Source: an uncultured Anaerolineae bacterium (lineage in GTDB: Bacteria > Chloroflexota > Anaerolineae > Aggregatilineales > Ch27). Taken from it: DNA of 64,000 bases. The stretch is from contig CAZGXI010000007.1 in the NCBI GenBank assembly GCA_964529715.1, forward strand, positions 17,882-81,881. Reading direction: 5' to 3'. Of this stretch, positions 38,062 through 49,128 are shown piece by piece. The notes beneath the pieces were generated by a model that saw only the letters and a list, made by a program, of their open reading frames with translations, searched no databases and had not been told where the DNA came from. The translations under genes and the position numbers were made by a program. Every line of letters begins with the position of its first letter. Within the stretch, counting starts at the first letter, position 1.

Positions 38062-39162
38062 CTACACCGGATAGGCCACATCTTCCCTGGAATAGGCCGC
38101 CAGATCGAGGGTCAGGCGTTCAAAGAAGCTGTTGGGCGGCAATGCCCCTGTACCGTATTCCATATCCCGGATGGTTGCCACAACGCGCAGCGTTTGCGTC
38201 TCCAAGACCACCTGGGCGCCGGGCTGGGCCAGCACCGGCTCGCCTTTGGGGGCGAGTTTGGCGCGAATGCCCTCGTCGTTATAGGCGTGCTGAGACATGA
38301 TCACTTTTGTCACGGTGCGGATGTCATTCTTGTCGAACAGCCAGACCTCGGCTGCTGTGACCTTCTTCGGTGAGCCGACGCCGATAGTCTCCGAAATGCC
38401 TGCGCCACACTCTCCCAGGAACTGGTTGTTGGCATCCTCAATGCTGAACGAGTCATCGAAGAAATCGTCGCCCTGACGATACACCGAGAGGAATTGGGCA
38501 ACTGGCGGCGCGCCGCCGGCCTGCACGACCGCAGCAGCCTCAGCCTCACGCTGGCGAATAGCTTCCTCGCGCGCCTGGCGAATTTCCGCCGAACTAGCCG
38601 CCGTGCTCACGCTCTCGTCCCGGCGGCGGCGCTTGAAGGGATTGAACAGCTTGATCATGCCCTTGAGCGTGTTGCCGTACATGCCCCAGAAGATGATCGC
38701 CACCGCGCCGACCAGCGCAATGATCAACACCAGCACGATGGGACTCATCTGCTGGAGAAAACCCGGCTTGAGTTTGTCCAATACGATATTCGTGGAGGTT
38801 GCGCCTGACCCTTCGGCAATCGGGCGGATGGCGTTAAGGCGTCCGACCAACTGGGCATCTCCGGCGTTTTCGCTGATGAGCCGATCAATGATACTGACGG
38901 CGTCACCGACCATCGCCAGTTGCCGCCCGGCGTTAATCCGGTCGTTGGTCTGGGCAAACTGGGCCGCGACCATTTTGACCCATTCGTCCTGATAACTCCG
39001 TTCCAGGTGGACCGGCTCGGCGTTTAGCCAGATAGTCGGCGCGACCCCGTAGGCCCAGATCAGGCCGATGATCAGACCGATGAGAATCAGTCCCAGCCCG
39101 ATCAAGCGGGACCGGGAGTTGCCGATGATCACTCTCCACTGTTCCGGTGATAGCAAGGACAT
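38062..39162 (-). CDS. Hypothetical two-TM membrane protein with a charged linker and an uncharacterised C-terminal beta-rich domain
   Basis: TM1 LIGLGLILIGLIIGLIWAY. TM2 IVLVLIIALVGAVAIIFWGM. Linker RRRRDES...EIRQAREEAIRQREAEAAA. C-terminal region FLGECGAGISETIG...EVWLFDKNDIRTVTKVIMSQHAYND. No family recognised. Confidence 0.65.
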   Translation of the reverse strand: MSLLSPEQWRVIIGNSRSRLIGLGLILIGLIIGLIWAYGVAPTIWLNAEPVHLERSYQDEWVKMVAAQFAQTNDRINAGRQLAMVGDAVSIIDRLISENAGDAQLVGRLNAIRPIAEGSGATSTNIVLDKLKPGFLQQMSPIVLVLIIALVGAVAIIFWGMYGNTLKGMIKLFNPFKRRRRDESVSTAASSAEIRQAREEAIRQREAEAAAVVQAGGAPPVAQFLSVYRQGDDFFDDSFSIEDANNQFLGECGAGISETIGVGSPKKVTAAEVWLFDKNDIRTVTKVIMSQHAYNDEGIRAKLAPKGEPVLAQPGAQVVLETQTLRVVATIRDMEYGTGALPPNSFFERLTLDLAAYSREDVAYPV

Positions 39163-39372
39163 ACCCTTTGACCTTTCTCATCAGGCGGCGCGGCGCGGTC
39201 CCCAGGTTATCCAGGGCAACTATCGTTCGCCTTATTGTACAAGACGGCCCAAAGCGGGCACAAATGCCGCAAAAAAACGGGATATAAACAGACTATATAC
39301 GATTCGCCAATCCACGCAAGCCAAAACGCCGCCGGGAACGCTCCCTCGGGCAAAGGCTACGCCAAACGACGA

Positions 39373-39933
39373 TCATTCCCCTGGCCGCTCAAAAAACCAC
39401 AACAGCGTATTACCATAGATACGCTCATCATAGCTTTCTAACACGTCCAACGGAACCGTCTCCTGCTCGTTTGGATCGATCTGCACCACCACGATGCCGT
39501 CGGGATTCAACCAATCCGGCTGCTCGTCTAGTTGAACGAGCGCCTTCTTCCATAATCCCTGATACTGCGGCGGGGCAATGTACACCACATCGAACGGCTG
39601 CGCCGGTCCGCGCGCGAGGTATTCAAACACATCGGCGCGCACGACCTCGGCATCCTCCGCCAGGCCAGTCAGGGCCAGGTTCGCGTGAATGGTCTGCACG
39701 GCCAGCCGCGCATTGTCTACAAACACGGCGCGAGCCGCACCCCGGCTGAGCGCCTCGATGCCCACGCTCCCCGTCCCGGCGAACAGGTCCAGCCAGACAC
39801 TGTCATGCACCACTGGCGAGAGAATGTTGAATAGCGCCTCTTTGACGCGATCCATCACCGGGCGCGTGCCTTCTCCTGGCACCATCTTCAACCGTCGCCC
39901 TTTGGCTTTGCCAGCAATCACGCGGATAGACAC
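39373..39933 (-). CDS. rsmD: 16S rRNA (guanine966-N2)-methyltransferase RsmD
   Basis: MSIRVIAGKAKGRRLK..., LDLFAGTGSVGIEALSRGA, VYIAPPQY. Confidence 0.88.
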   Translation of the reverse strand: MSIRVIAGKAKGRRLKMVPGEGTRPVMDRVKEALFNILSPVVHDSVWLDLFAGTGSVGIEALSRGAARAVFVDNARLAVQTIHANLALTGLAEDAEVVRADVFEYLARGPAQPFDVVYIAPPQYQGLWKKALVQLDEQPDWLNPDGIVVVQIDPNEQETVPLDVLESYDERIYGNTLLWFFERPGE

Positions 39934-39960
39934 CGCCGTCGAGGCCCCTTTCTGTGGCGC

Positions 39961-40950
39961 TCAGGCCATTTGATCGACCACCGCGCGGATGGCGCGAATA
40001 TTCGACAGCGGCGTCGTGGTCATGATGACGCAGCCCGTAGAGAGAATAAAACGGCGACCACCGGTCTGCTCGATGGCATTGCGCGCCTGCTCGCGGACCT
40101 CGGCGGGGGTGCCATTGTGCACCGGGTTCCAGCGCGCCAGTCCCCCACACACCGCGCCGGGAAATTTCGTTTTGCCCAGCGCCAGGTCAGGGTCAGTCTC
40201 ACGATCATGCCAGTTAAGCGCCTGTACGGGGTAATCGGCTACCAGGTCGAACATCGGCGACTCGCCATGCAGATGCACCATGTTCAGCCACCATCGGCTG
40301 CTCAACGCCTCCAGAATACGCAGGTCATAGGGTCGTCCAAAGGCCCGGTACTCATCCTCGCTAAGCAGGTCATAACTGGCGTGCTGGATGGCGTAAAAGA
40401 TGCCGTCGATGCCGGTACGCTGTAGTTCTTCGAGGAAGCGGAGCGTGCTTTCCGTGATGGTATTCAGGCCCGTATGGAGGCGCTCCGGCGCGGTGCGGAG
40501 GTGATTGATCAGGCGCGCGCCGCCGGCGATATTTTTGGCCTGAGCCAGCGGACTGAAGATCGTTTGCAGGACGGGGGTTCCGCCCTGCAAGCCTTCGACG
40601 ATCAGCCGCACACACTCCAACTGCCGACCCAATGCACCACGCGCCGGTTCCAGCACGCGCAGGCGCGTCCAGTCTAGCGATCGTTCGACGGCGCGGCGGG
40701 TATACTCGCGGGTGCCCTCCAGCGACCCGACCCACTGATCCTGCACCCCATAGTCACTGATACAAAAGCTGCTGGCCGGGGTGATCTTGACGAAATCGAA
40801 GTCATAGCGGCGTTGAAACTCCAGGGTCGATTCGGCCAGGTCCGCCGGGCGCTGGTCATCGCCGGGCCAGTGCCGCCACAGGGCCACCGGCACACGATCA
40901 ACAGCTTCGCCGGCAATCGCCCGTTCCAGGCGCTCTCGTTTGGATGTCAT
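39961..40950 (-). CDS. Uroporphyrinogen decarboxylase (URO-D) family protein, MtaA/CmuA-like
   Basis: 329 aa. N-terminal ...GEAVDRVPVALWRHWPGDD. Length and pattern match the URO-D-like TIM barrel family. Specific substrate unknown. Confidence 0.75.
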   Translation of the reverse strand: MTSKRERLERAIAGEAVDRVPVALWRHWPGDDQRPADLAESTLEFQRRYDFDFVKITPASSFCISDYGVQDQWVGSLEGTREYTRRAVERSLDWTRLRVLEPARGALGRQLECVRLIVEGLQGGTPVLQTIFSPLAQAKNIAGGARLINHLRTAPERLHTGLNTITESTLRFLEELQRTGIDGIFYAIQHASYDLLSEDEYRAFGRPYDLRILEALSSRWWLNMVHLHGESPMFDLVADYPVQALNWHDRETDPDLALGKTKFPGAVCGGLARWNPVHNGTPAEVREQARNAIEQTGGRRFILSTGCVIMTTTPLSNIRAIRAVVDQMA

Positions 40951-41279
40951 CCCAGGATTTCCTGAAGCGCGACAATCTGCTGGTTAACCATCCGGGACAT
41001 GATTGTCACGCGGTTTGCCGCGTCTTCCATGCTGACATCGACGCGCGCAAGCAGATCAAGCACACGTTGGAAGTTTTCCAGGGCCGCCTGCGATTGCCCG
41101 GCGCTTTTCTGCGACAGGGCCAGGCCGTAGAGGGTATCGATGTCGTCAGGCCGTTGCTCCAACAGCTTATTGAATTCTGCAATAGCCAGGTCATCCTTCC
41201 CTTGTACGTGATAAGTCCACGCCTGTCCTAGCGGGCTACTGTAACGCTCAGCGGCAGGACTCGACGATTGCTTGGTCAC
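40947..41279 (-). CDS. Small TPR-repeat protein
   Basis: GTG 41279 preceded by GAAGGAGG. AWTYHVQGKDDLAIAEFNKLLEQRPDDIDTLYGLALSQKSAGQSQAALENFQRVL. Confidence 0.65.
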   Translation of the reverse strand: MTKQSSSPAAERYSSPLGQAWTYHVQGKDDLAIAEFNKLLEQRPDDIDTLYGLALSQKSAGQSQAALENFQRVLDLLARVDVSMEDAANRVTIMSRMVNQQIVALQEILG

Positions 41280-41372
41280 GGAAGCCTCCTTCGATGAGCA
41301 CGGATACACATGGCTGCCAAAACGCTGCTGAATTTAAAGGGCATTATATCCTGCCCGATCCGGCAGGCAAAG

Positions 41373-43799
41373 TCAGGGCGTGATGGTCATGATGACCGGC
41401 AGTGCCAGGCTATCCCCCAACGGCGCGCCGCGCTCATCGAAAAACGCCAGCCGTCGAGCCGGCTGACATGTGCCAATCCCGGCGACCTGGCATTGCCATA
41501 ATTCCACTACCAATAGATATGTTCCTGGCCTCAGGGATGGGGGAATCTGAAGTCGATGCGCGTCGCGCACATAGCGATCCCTAGGCCAGCGCGAAGTCGG
41601 ATAACCGCCGATATGCCGCCGGTACGACTGCACGGCGCGCAGTCCATTATTTGCATCGACCAGGCTGACGGTGATCTGGAAATTGTCGTGGATGGGCCGC
41701 ACGGCGCCCCAGTATAACGTCAGGTCAACGGCGTCGCCCGGTGCCAAGACGGTACGCTCCAGACGATAGGCCAGCAAGTCGAATCCGGTCTGGACATAGC
41801 GTCGAAACGGTGCAGAAGCCTCCTGCACCAAACCGCGCAGCGACCGGGGCCAGATCAGACCGGACTGTCCAGTCAGCAGCACCAACACCACCAGGAATGC
41901 GCCCAGCGTTCCTGCGGCGACCAATGCCTGGTGGAAAGACAACAGCGGCAGCTCGGCAACAGATGCTTTTCCTGCCTGTCCCCTGACAAGAGCTAAGCCG
42001 AGCGCGACGGCGGTGAGCAGCGAAACCAAGCTAAGCCCCCACCCTACATCGCGCGCAGGAGTGGAACCGAAATAGATCTGCACGTCGTGCACGCCGGCGG
42101 GCGTCTCTACGTAGAGCAGGCCATTGGCGTCAGAAAGATCGAGCGGGGTATCGTGCCCGTCCAGCACGACGCGCCAGCCAGGAAAAGCACTAATGTAGAA
42201 CGGAATCCGCAAAGGGACTGCTGCGCTGACCAACAAATGCACCCATGCTCCACGTTGCTCAATCACGTTTACCTGTCCCGCATCCAGGACGGTTCGGTTC
42301 ACCCTATCGACTGATTCGCTAATATAAGACTCCACCAACAGGCGCGACGGCTGGGGCAGTGTAGGCATCGGCAGCGGAACCGCTCGACCCGGCGGTACCG
42401 TCGCCAGGCCGTAATCGTTCAACTCGAACTGGAGCCGTGCCATAGCATCTGTACCACCAAAGTCCGACGGCCAAAACGCCGGGTTGAGCAGTGGCAGGGC
42501 GCTCATCAGCGGCAAAGCCACCAACAGCGCCAGCCCGATCCCCTTCGACAGTCGGCGCAACACGTCCAGCCAGATTGTCGCGCGCCCGGCCATCACCGCC
42601 AAGAGAAACGCCAACACCCCCAGAACAAGCTGTGGTTCAACAAGCTCGGTCGGGTTAAGCGCAAGGATGAGCAGCAGCCCTGCCAGCAACACTACATAGA
42701 GCCAACAACGATCCTGGAGCGGTAAAGAGAAGCGCCTGCCATGGCGAGACCGGACACACAGCACCCCTCCAACCGCACCCAGGGCGAGCGTCCACGTTGC
42801 CAGACCCAAATTGCGTTGCACGACCGGGTTAAACAGGCTCTGGTCGGCGCTACGGGCAGGGGCCAACAGTTCGCCAAGAGTCGGCGGCGACTCCACGACC
42901 GTCGGTTCCAGACCAAACCAGAAAACCTGCTGCTGCTCTACCAGAGCTGGCAGCCAGAAGATTGCCGCCAACCCGATCCCCAGGAGCAGAGCGCCCCAGG
43001 CCAGACGGTAACTGCCCCCGCGCTCCATCAGGCCAAGCCAGATCAGCCACCCAACAACGACAAGCAACAGCCAGGGTGCGCTTTGCTCGTCGGACAGAGC
43101 CAGCAGCGCAATTATCCCAGCGGATATCCACAGGTCACGCGCACGGTTGTAGATGAGCAGGCGGTCGATGGCCCAGAACGCGCCGGGCAGCAATTGCAGC
43201 CCCAGCAAAAAAGGCAGGTCGCCGTACCCGTGCGGCAGCAGATGCAGCAGGGGTGGGCTGAGCGTATAGGTCTCGACGGCGACCAACCCAGCCAGCGGCC
43301 CCCAGCGCCGCCGAACAAACGTGAACATTCCCGCCGCGCCTGCCAGCGCCCCCATGATCAGGACAAAACGCACCCCATCGACGGCGCTGTTCTCGGTAAT
43401 CAACTGAAACAACGCCGCCAGGTATGGAGCAGCAGGCGCCGTATAGTTGAATAGTGGGAGGCCGTAACCGTAGAGGGCATCGGAGGCCCAACGTGGATAA
43501 ACCGCCCCGCCCCGCAGGGCGTCGGCCATTTCTGCCGCGCGGTAAACGTGAAATTCCAGCGCCGTACCGCGCGGCAATCCGCCGCGCGTGATAAACGGCC
43601 AGACGCTCAGCAAGCCCAACACCAACGCCAGCAGGATACCCCAATCGATCCGGCGGCGCGGATGGCGCATCCAGGTCGGCAGGTCGTCAGGGTCAAGACC
43701 CGGCGGCAAGGCGAGATCGGTTCGTGGTTCCACGCTTTGATGCTCGCTACAGAAAACAGATTTGGGGAGCGCGGAAAGCCCTCTTTGATGGCAGCTCAT
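41373..43799 (-). CDS. Large polytopic membrane protein (PTPS-related/GT-C-like) with a C-terminal extracytoplasmic domain
   Basis: [36 protein letters not shown] resembles the membrane PTPS-related domain. More than 12 TM. The C-terminal domain is shared with the two GT39 proteins. The ATG overlaps the sucD stop (ATGA); M44 is an alternative start. Confidence 0.7.
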   Translation of the reverse strand: MSCHQRGLSALPKSVFCSEHQSVEPRTDLALPPGLDPDDLPTWMRHPRRRIDWGILLALVLGLLSVWPFITRGGLPRGTALEFHVYRAAEMADALRGGAVYPRWASDALYGYGLPLFNYTAPAAPYLAALFQLITENSAVDGVRFVLIMGALAGAAGMFTFVRRRWGPLAGLVAVETYTLSPPLLHLLPHGYGDLPFLLGLQLLPGAFWAIDRLLIYNRARDLWISAGIIALLALSDEQSAPWLLLVVVGWLIWLGLMERGGSYRLAWGALLLGIGLAAIFWLPALVEQQQVFWFGLEPTVVESPPTLGELLAPARSADQSLFNPVVQRNLGLATWTLALGAVGGVLCVRSRHGRRFSLPLQDRCWLYVVLLAGLLLILALNPTELVEPQLVLGVLAFLLAVMAGRATIWLDVLRRLSKGIGLALLVALPLMSALPLLNPAFWPSDFGGTDAMARLQFELNDYGLATVPPGRAVPLPMPTLPQPSRLLVESYISESVDRVNRTVLDAGQVNVIEQRGAWVHLLVSAAVPLRIPFYISAFPGWRVVLDGHDTPLDLSDANGLLYVETPAGVHDVQIYFGSTPARDVGWGLSLVSLLTAVALGLALVRGQAGKASVAELPLLSFHQALVAAGTLGAFLVVLVLLTGQSGLIWPRSLRGLVQEASAPFRRYVQTGFDLLAYRLERTVLAPGDAVDLTLYWGAVRPIHDNFQITVSLVDANNGLRAVQSYRRHIGGYPTSRWPRDRYVRDAHRLQIPPSLRPGTYLLVVELWQCQVAGIGTCQPARRLAFFDERGAPLGDSLALPVIMTITP

Positions 43800-44653
43800 G
43801 CCACCAGATCGGCAATCTGGTCCGGCGTTTCTGCCACACGCACGCCCACGTCTTGCAGAAGCGCGATCTTTTCCGCCGCCGTGCCCACGCCGCCCTCAAC
43901 AATCGCGCCCGCGTGCCCCATGCGGCGTCCCGGCGGGGCATTGCGTCCGGCAATGAAGGCAACCACCGGTTTGCTCATGCGCTGCGCAATGAATTCCGCT
44001 GCCCGCTGCTCGTCCGTGCCGCCGATCTCGCCGATCAGGACCACCTTTTCGGTCTCCGGGTCATCTTCAAACAGTTGCAATACGTCGATAAAGCTCGTCC
44101 CGTTGACCGGATCACCGCCGATGCCCACGCAAGTCGTCTGGCCGATCCCGCGTTGGGTCAGGGCATAGATCGCCTCGTAGGTCAGCGTGCCGCTACGAGA
44201 GACGACCCCCACCGGCCCCGGCATAGCGATGTGCCCCGGCATGATCCCCACTTTACACTGGCCGGGCGTCATCAGGCCGGGGCAGTTCGGCCCGATCAGG
44301 CGGCTGCTGCTGCGATCCAACACAGCGCGTACTTTCATCATATCCATCACCGGAATTCCCTCGGTGATAGCGACGATGAGCGGTATTTCTGCATCAATGG
44401 CTTCCAGGATTGCATCTGCGGCGAACGGCGCAGGAACGAAGATCACCGTTGCATTGGCATCCGTCGCAGCTTTGGCCGCGCGCAGCGTGTCGAACACGGG
44501 CTTACCCTCGACCCATTCGCCGCCCTTGCCCGGCGTGACGCCGCCCACAATATTCGTCCCGTAGCCGAGCATTTGGCGGGTGTGAAAAAGCCCCTGCTGC
44601 CCGGTAATGCCCTGGACGATCAGGCGCGTGTTCTTATCGATCAGGATAGCCAT
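43796..44653 (-). CDS. sucD: Succinyl-CoA synthetase alpha subunit
   Basis: [21 protein letters not shown]...SRSGTLTYE...GHAGAIV. Confidence 0.97.
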   Translation of the reverse strand: MAILIDKNTRLIVQGITGQQGLFHTRQMLGYGTNIVGGVTPGKGGEWVEGKPVFDTLRAAKAATDANATVIFVPAPFAADAILEAIDAEIPLIVAITEGIPVMDMMKVRAVLDRSSSRLIGPNCPGLMTPGQCKVGIMPGHIAMPGPVGVVSRSGTLTYEAIYALTQRGIGQTTCVGIGGDPVNGTSFIDVLQLFEDDPETEKVVLIGEIGGTDEQRAAEFIAQRMSKPVVAFIAGRNAPPGRRMGHAGAIVEGGVGTAAEKIALLQDVGVRVAETPDQIADLVA

Positions 44654-45814
44654 CTAGCGCGCCTCCTTCACCGCAGCAACGGCCTTCTGTGCTGCCTCAG
44701 ACAGGGTAGCTGCCGTGATCATGTTGGGAATATCGGCTTCCTGCAACAAACGGCGGCCTTCTTCCTCATTCGTGCCCACCAGCCGGACGATTTTGGGAAT
44801 ATCCGTCTGAATTCCGCTGAACGCCTCAATGACGCCTTTCGCCACCTCGTCGGCGCGTGTGATGCCGCCGAAGATGTTTAGCAGAACCGCCTTCACTTTC
44901 GGATCGGCCAGGATGATGCGCAGCGCCGCCGCGACTTTTTCTGCATCTGCCCCACCGCCGATGTCAAGAAAATTGGCCGGGCCGATACCGTCTGCCTGGC
45001 CGTATAAAGCGGTCATATCCATCGTCGCCATAGCCAGCCCCGCGCCATTGACCATGCAGCCGATCTGCCCATCCAGCTTGACGTAGCTGAGATCGGCCTC
45101 GCGGGCGCGGGTTTCCTCCGGTGGCTCAGCAGACGTATCGCGCAGGGCAGCCAGGTCGGGGTGGCGGAACAGCGCGTTGTCGTCAATACTCATTTTGCCG
45201 TCAACAGCGAGCAACTGGCCTTCCTGGGTAATGATCAGGGGATTGATCTCACACAGAGTCGCGTCGCTCTCCAGATAACAGCGATAGAGTCCCTGAGCGA
45301 TTTTGCCGAACTGCCGCCACAACGACCGAGGCAACACGATCCCACCGGCGATGTTGTTGACCTGATAATCGCGCAGGCCCAGCAGAGGATCGATCCACTC
45401 GCGGATGATTGCCTCTGGCTTGACGCGGTTGACCTCCTCGATGTCCATGCCGCCTTCGGCGCTGCACATGATGACCGGCTTGCGGGCGGCGCGGTCGTTG
45501 GTAATGCCCAGGTAAATTTCTTGCCGGATGTTGGAAGCGGGATCGACCAGCACCCGGCGAACAATATGCCCCCGGATATTCAGACCCAGAATGGCCTGGG
45601 CGCACTGCTCGGCTTCCGGCGGTGTTTTCGCCAGTCTGACACCGCCTGCCTTGCCGCGTCCGCCGGTGAGCACCTGCGCTTTGACGACGACAGGACCGCC
45701 GATTTCTTCTGCAATTTGGCGAGCTTCCAGGGGCGTTGTTGCCACACTGCCATGCGGGATGGGAATCCCGAACTCCTCAAAACGGAACTTGGATTGGTAT
45801 TCGTGTAGATTCAA
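44654..45814 (-). CDS. sucC: Succinyl-CoA synthetase beta subunit (TTG start)
   Basis: [18 protein letters not shown]... ATP-grasp. TTG start with GGAGAGG 7 nt upstream. Confidence 0.97.
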   Translation of the reverse strand: MNLHEYQSKFRFEEFGIPIPHGSVATTPLEARQIAEEIGGPVVVKAQVLTGGRGKAGGVRLAKTPPEAEQCAQAILGLNIRGHIVRRVLVDPASNIRQEIYLGITNDRAARKPVIMCSAEGGMDIEEVNRVKPEAIIREWIDPLLGLRDYQVNNIAGGIVLPRSLWRQFGKIAQGLYRCYLESDATLCEINPLIITQEGQLLAVDGKMSIDDNALFRHPDLAALRDTSAEPPEETRAREADLSYVKLDGQIGCMVNGAGLAMATMDMTALYGQADGIGPANFLDIGGGADAEKVAAALRIILADPKVKAVLLNIFGGITRADEVAKGVIEAFSGIQTDIPKIVRLVGTNEEEGRRLLQEADIPNMITAATLSEAAQKAVAAVKEAR

Positions 45815-45948
45815 CGGTTGCCTCTCCGGTTAACGTGGGCAAAGTGGGCACCTGTATTAAGGGGAACAGTCGGTGTCAGTATAACATTTTGCCCTGGATT
45901 GCTCCAAATCCCACAGACGGCAGCGGCAGCAGGCAGGAAAAGCGCCGA

Positions 45949-47829
45949 TCACCGCGCTCCAACAGTGAATGTCGTCAGGAGCAACGCGCCGTCGATCTGG
46001 GAATCGCCCTGCACGGGGAGGCGGGTGGTATCCGGCCAGGCGTATAGCCCAACGGCCAGTGTATAGGTTCCCGGTGACAGATCGGGCGGCAAGGGAATAG
46101 CATAGCGATCCTCGATCACATCGCCCGCACGCCAGGAATTGGTCGGAGAGGCCCCACCACGCGGTTCGGCGTCCGTCTGGGCGACCAACTGCCCGGCATC
46201 GTTGAGGACATAGTTACCCACCGTGTAGCGGGCAGGTGGAACTGCCAACGCTTCCCACCGCAGCGACAGGCGCAGCACATCGCCCGGCAGCGCGTGGTCC
46301 GGCGCCAGACGATAGCCCGTCAGTCGGATGCTCTCGCCGAACTGCGTATTCATGGGGATTAACGGCGCGGCATCCTCGCCCAGTACATACAACGACACCG
46401 TACCGCCGTCATAGGAGAAAAAACGCTGCCGGAAGCCGTGTTCCGCCAGCCAGGTGGGAACCAGGCGCATCGAGTCATAACCGATGGGGTCGCCATATTC
46501 CACCAGCCAGATGCGCGTCGCCTCTCCCACCACCTGCGCCAGGTAGGCGTCGGTGCGCGGGCTGTTGATTTCCGCCGTGCTGAGGACGCTGTTGGGCACA
46601 GCCGGCGGCGCATAATAACCACGCAGCGCCATCTGTTGTTCATTGCTGAAAAGAATCAGATCGCCCGGCGCGGCCTCCGCTGCAATCATGCGCATCGCAC
46701 CGGCATAAGTGATCTGTGCTTCCGATAGGCCGACAGCCAGGCGGAGATTGCCTGCCAGCCCTCCGACGACGAACAGCCCGCCCAGCATCAAGCCAGCCAG
46801 GAAGCACCTTCGAGCGCCACGGTAGATTCCCCAGGCCACCAGAAAGAGAAAGGCCGCACTCCCGGCAATGGCGAACCGCTCGTGAAAGAACGGCATCAGC
46901 GGGTCCATCAACGCGACCAGCAGCAAGGTCAACCCGACCCAGCCGCCCAGCAGCATCCCCTGCCAACGGGCAGAACGCCACGCCGCCCACAGGCCGATGC
47001 CCGCAGCGATCAGCCCAGCCAACAGCGCCAGCACTGGCAGGAAACCCGCCATATCCGACTCGCCGGCAGTCCACGAGCGCAGGCTTTGCCCCCAGATGTC
47101 CACAACCCGTTCCGGCAACAGGGCATAACCGCCCCGCGATCCGCCGCGTTCCAGGATAAACGGCGCCTGGACGACAACCCAGGGCAGGTAAAGGAGCGCC
47201 AGAAGCGCCTGTCCGCCGATCCAGCGGAGGCGGCGTCCACGCCAGGGTGCGCCGAACAGGGCCACCACGTTCTGCGCGGCGATCACCCAGAAGGCGTTGT
47301 AGTGGGCGCACATCGCCGCCAGCGTGATGCCCAGGTAAAACAGCCAGACGGCGCGGCCCGGCTTTTGCGTCAGAGCGACAAAAGCGAGCACGCTGAGGGC
47401 GCTGGTCAGGACCAGCAGGCTATACATGCGCAGTTCGCCGGCGTAGTAAACCTGCAAGGGCGAGACGGCCATGAGCAACAACACCAGCAACGCCACCGCC
47501 CTGCCAGCCAGCCGCCGCGCCAGGGCATACGTGACCGGCATGGCCAGCATCCCCAGGATAAGCGATCCAAAGCGGATCGGGAAGGGATCGATGCCCTGCA
47601 CCGGGATCGTCAGCCCGGCCAGGCGAAGCCACAACGTCATCCACAGATGATATAACGGCGGGTGGGTATCGATGTTGGGCCGGATCATCTCCGCAACGGG
47701 AAGCTGCATCACCGCCACGCTGAACGCCTCGTCGCCCCACAGGTCACGCCCCGGCAGGCTGCCCACCCGCAGGCCGAACGCCAGCAATAGCACGCTCAGG
47801 ATCACCAGGGCATCGCTTCCGTTGCGCAT
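45949..47829 (-). CDS. GT39/ArnT-like (GT-C) membrane glycosyltransferase
   Basis: ATG 47829 (MRNGSDALVILSVLLLAFGLRV...LWGDEAFSV...THPPLYH is the typical GT-C first loop). Polytopic. C-terminal soluble domain. Confidence 0.85.
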   Translation of the reverse strand: MRNGSDALVILSVLLLAFGLRVGSLPGRDLWGDEAFSVAVMQLPVAEMIRPNIDTHPPLYHLWMTLWLRLAGLTIPVQGIDPFPIRFGSLILGMLAMPVTYALARRLAGRAVALLVLLLMAVSPLQVYYAGELRMYSLLVLTSALSVLAFVALTQKPGRAVWLFYLGITLAAMCAHYNAFWVIAAQNVVALFGAPWRGRRLRWIGGQALLALLYLPWVVVQAPFILERGGSRGGYALLPERVVDIWGQSLRSWTAGESDMAGFLPVLALLAGLIAAGIGLWAAWRSARWQGMLLGGWVGLTLLLVALMDPLMPFFHERFAIAGSAAFLFLVAWGIYRGARRCFLAGLMLGGLFVVGGLAGNLRLAVGLSEAQITYAGAMRMIAAEAAPGDLILFSNEQQMALRGYYAPPAVPNSVLSTAEINSPRTDAYLAQVVGEATRIWLVEYGDPIGYDSMRLVPTWLAEHGFRQRFFSYDGGTVSLYVLGEDAAPLIPMNTQFGESIRLTGYRLAPDHALPGDVLRLSLRWEALAVPPARYTVGNYVLNDAGQLVAQTDAEPRGGASPTNSWRAGDVIEDRYAIPLPPDLSPGTYTLAVGLYAWPDTTRLPVQGDSQIDGALLLTTFTVGAR

Positions 47830-47921
47830 GGCTTGTCTCCCCCAACGAAAAGCGTCCCGCGCCTCAGGCTGAGGGATCGTCGGGACGCCGCCGCATGTCG
47901 AATCTTGGGCTGCCGCCAGAC

Positions 47922-48326
47922 TTACGCGGCGCTCTCGCCCGCAGCCTCCGCCCGACTCGCCAACGTTTCCAGGAGGTGAGACAGCGACCGCGCCGTGATC
48001 AGCAACACGCCCGCCGTCAGGGTCAGCCCGCCGATTCCGGCAGCCAGCTTGACACGCGGCGGCATGTTCTGCACCCGCCCCCACAGCGTGCGCGTCGCAC
48101 GCTTATGTCCGACCAGTTCGCGGTACAGATCATCAACAAAGGACGCTGCCGGCGACACCGTCACCAGCACTTCGTGGAGTTGATCAGCCAGCGCGGCCAG
48201 GTCGCGCGCCTGCTCCGCCGCGACGCCATAGCGGGCCAGCAGCACATCCAGTGGGGCGACGCCACTGGCGTAATCGTTGAGCAGATCGGCGATCCGATAA
48301 TCTTCCGGGATAAACGTTTGGGGCAT
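47922..48326 (-). CDS. Putative anti-sigma factor (single C-terminal TM)
   Basis: Starts 12 nt downstream of the ECF sigma gene. 134 aa with one TM (LAAGIGGLTLTAGVLLITA). No HxxxCxxC motif, so the call rests on context only. Confidence 0.55.
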   Translation of the reverse strand: MPQTFIPEDYRIADLLNDYASGVAPLDVLLARYGVAAEQARDLAALADQLHEVLVTVSPAASFVDDLYRELVGHKRATRTLWGRVQNMPPRVKLAAGIGGLTLTAGVLLITARSLSHLLETLASRAEAAGESAA

Positions 48327-48338
48327 GAGTGGAGCACC

Positions 48339-48977
48339 TTACCTGAGTGACTTCTGGCGATGACGCCGCGACCCGCGATCCGAGATAGTGACTTTCTGTT
48401 GCAACTGACTCAATTCATCGCGCAGAGCAAGCAGCGTGCGGTGATACAACGACTTGACTGCGCCCTCGGTTCGATTCATGATCTCGCCGATCTCCGCGTT
48501 GGAGAGATGCTCGACATACTTCAAGATCAACAACTGCTGTCGGTCCTCCGGCAAACTGCGGATGGCCGCTAACAAGGCTTCTCGCTCTTCCCCAGATTCG
48601 GCGCTGTGTTCCGGCGCTTCGCCGGGTAACTCGTTGCCGATATACTCTTCCAAAGAAATAATCTGGCGGCGGCCATGATCGCGGTGCCAGTTGGCGACCA
48701 GGTTGTGCGCAATCCGGTACAACCAAGCCGAAAACGGGATGCCACGATCGGTATATGAGTCGATATGCGCCATCGCGCGATAAAACACCCGCGCGGTCAG
48801 GTCTTCAGCGTCGTGGTGATTGTTGGTGCGGTAGTAGACGTAGTTGTAAATCTTTTTAACGTACCGCCGGTAGAGTTCACCAAACGCCTCCGGGTCGTGC
48901 CGCGCCCAGGCCACCAGTTGGGCATCCTCTGCCTGCCCATAATCTCGTCCAGGTGGCATTGTCATCGTTAAAAACAC
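48339..48977 (-). CDS. ECF-type RNA polymerase sigma-70 family factor
   Basis: Region 2: FGELYRRYVKKIYNYVYYRT...AEDLTARVFYRA...FSAWLYRIAHN. Region 4: LSNAEIGEIMNRTEGAVKSLYHRTLLALR. Confidence 0.9.
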   Translation of the reverse strand: MFLTMTMPPGRDYGQAEDAQLVAWARHDPEAFGELYRRYVKKIYNYVYYRTNNHHDAEDLTARVFYRAMAHIDSYTDRGIPFSAWLYRIAHNLVANWHRDHGRRQIISLEEYIGNELPGEAPEHSAESGEEREALLAAIRSLPEDRQQLLILKYVEHLSNAEIGEIMNRTEGAVKSLYHRTLLALRDELSQLQQKVTISDRGSRRHRQKSLR

Positions 48978-49128
48978 CTCTTACGCTCAAAGGTTGCGCT
49001 CTACGCCGCATTTGAATGGCGAGTATACCCCACGCCATATACGAAAACACCCAGGCGACGGTTGTCGTTAGCATGGGTATACTTGAAAGCGTCGCGTCCT
49101 GTTCATCGCAGACCGCAAGGAGTATTCG

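Noticed and set aside
43724-44881. A 385-aa ORF on the + strand across sucD/sucC.
   Set aside because: It is antisense to two unmistakable succinyl-CoA synthetase genes. Its Arg/His/Ala-rich composition and lack of motifs mark it as a high-GC antisense artefact. The same applies to the long antisense ORFs over topA (32687..33706, 33746..34894), comEC (49910..50926, 50650..51810), pepA (9470..10513), the SH3b-repeat gene (17657..18316) and the GT39 genes (46640..47311, 46882..47655, 59919..60905).
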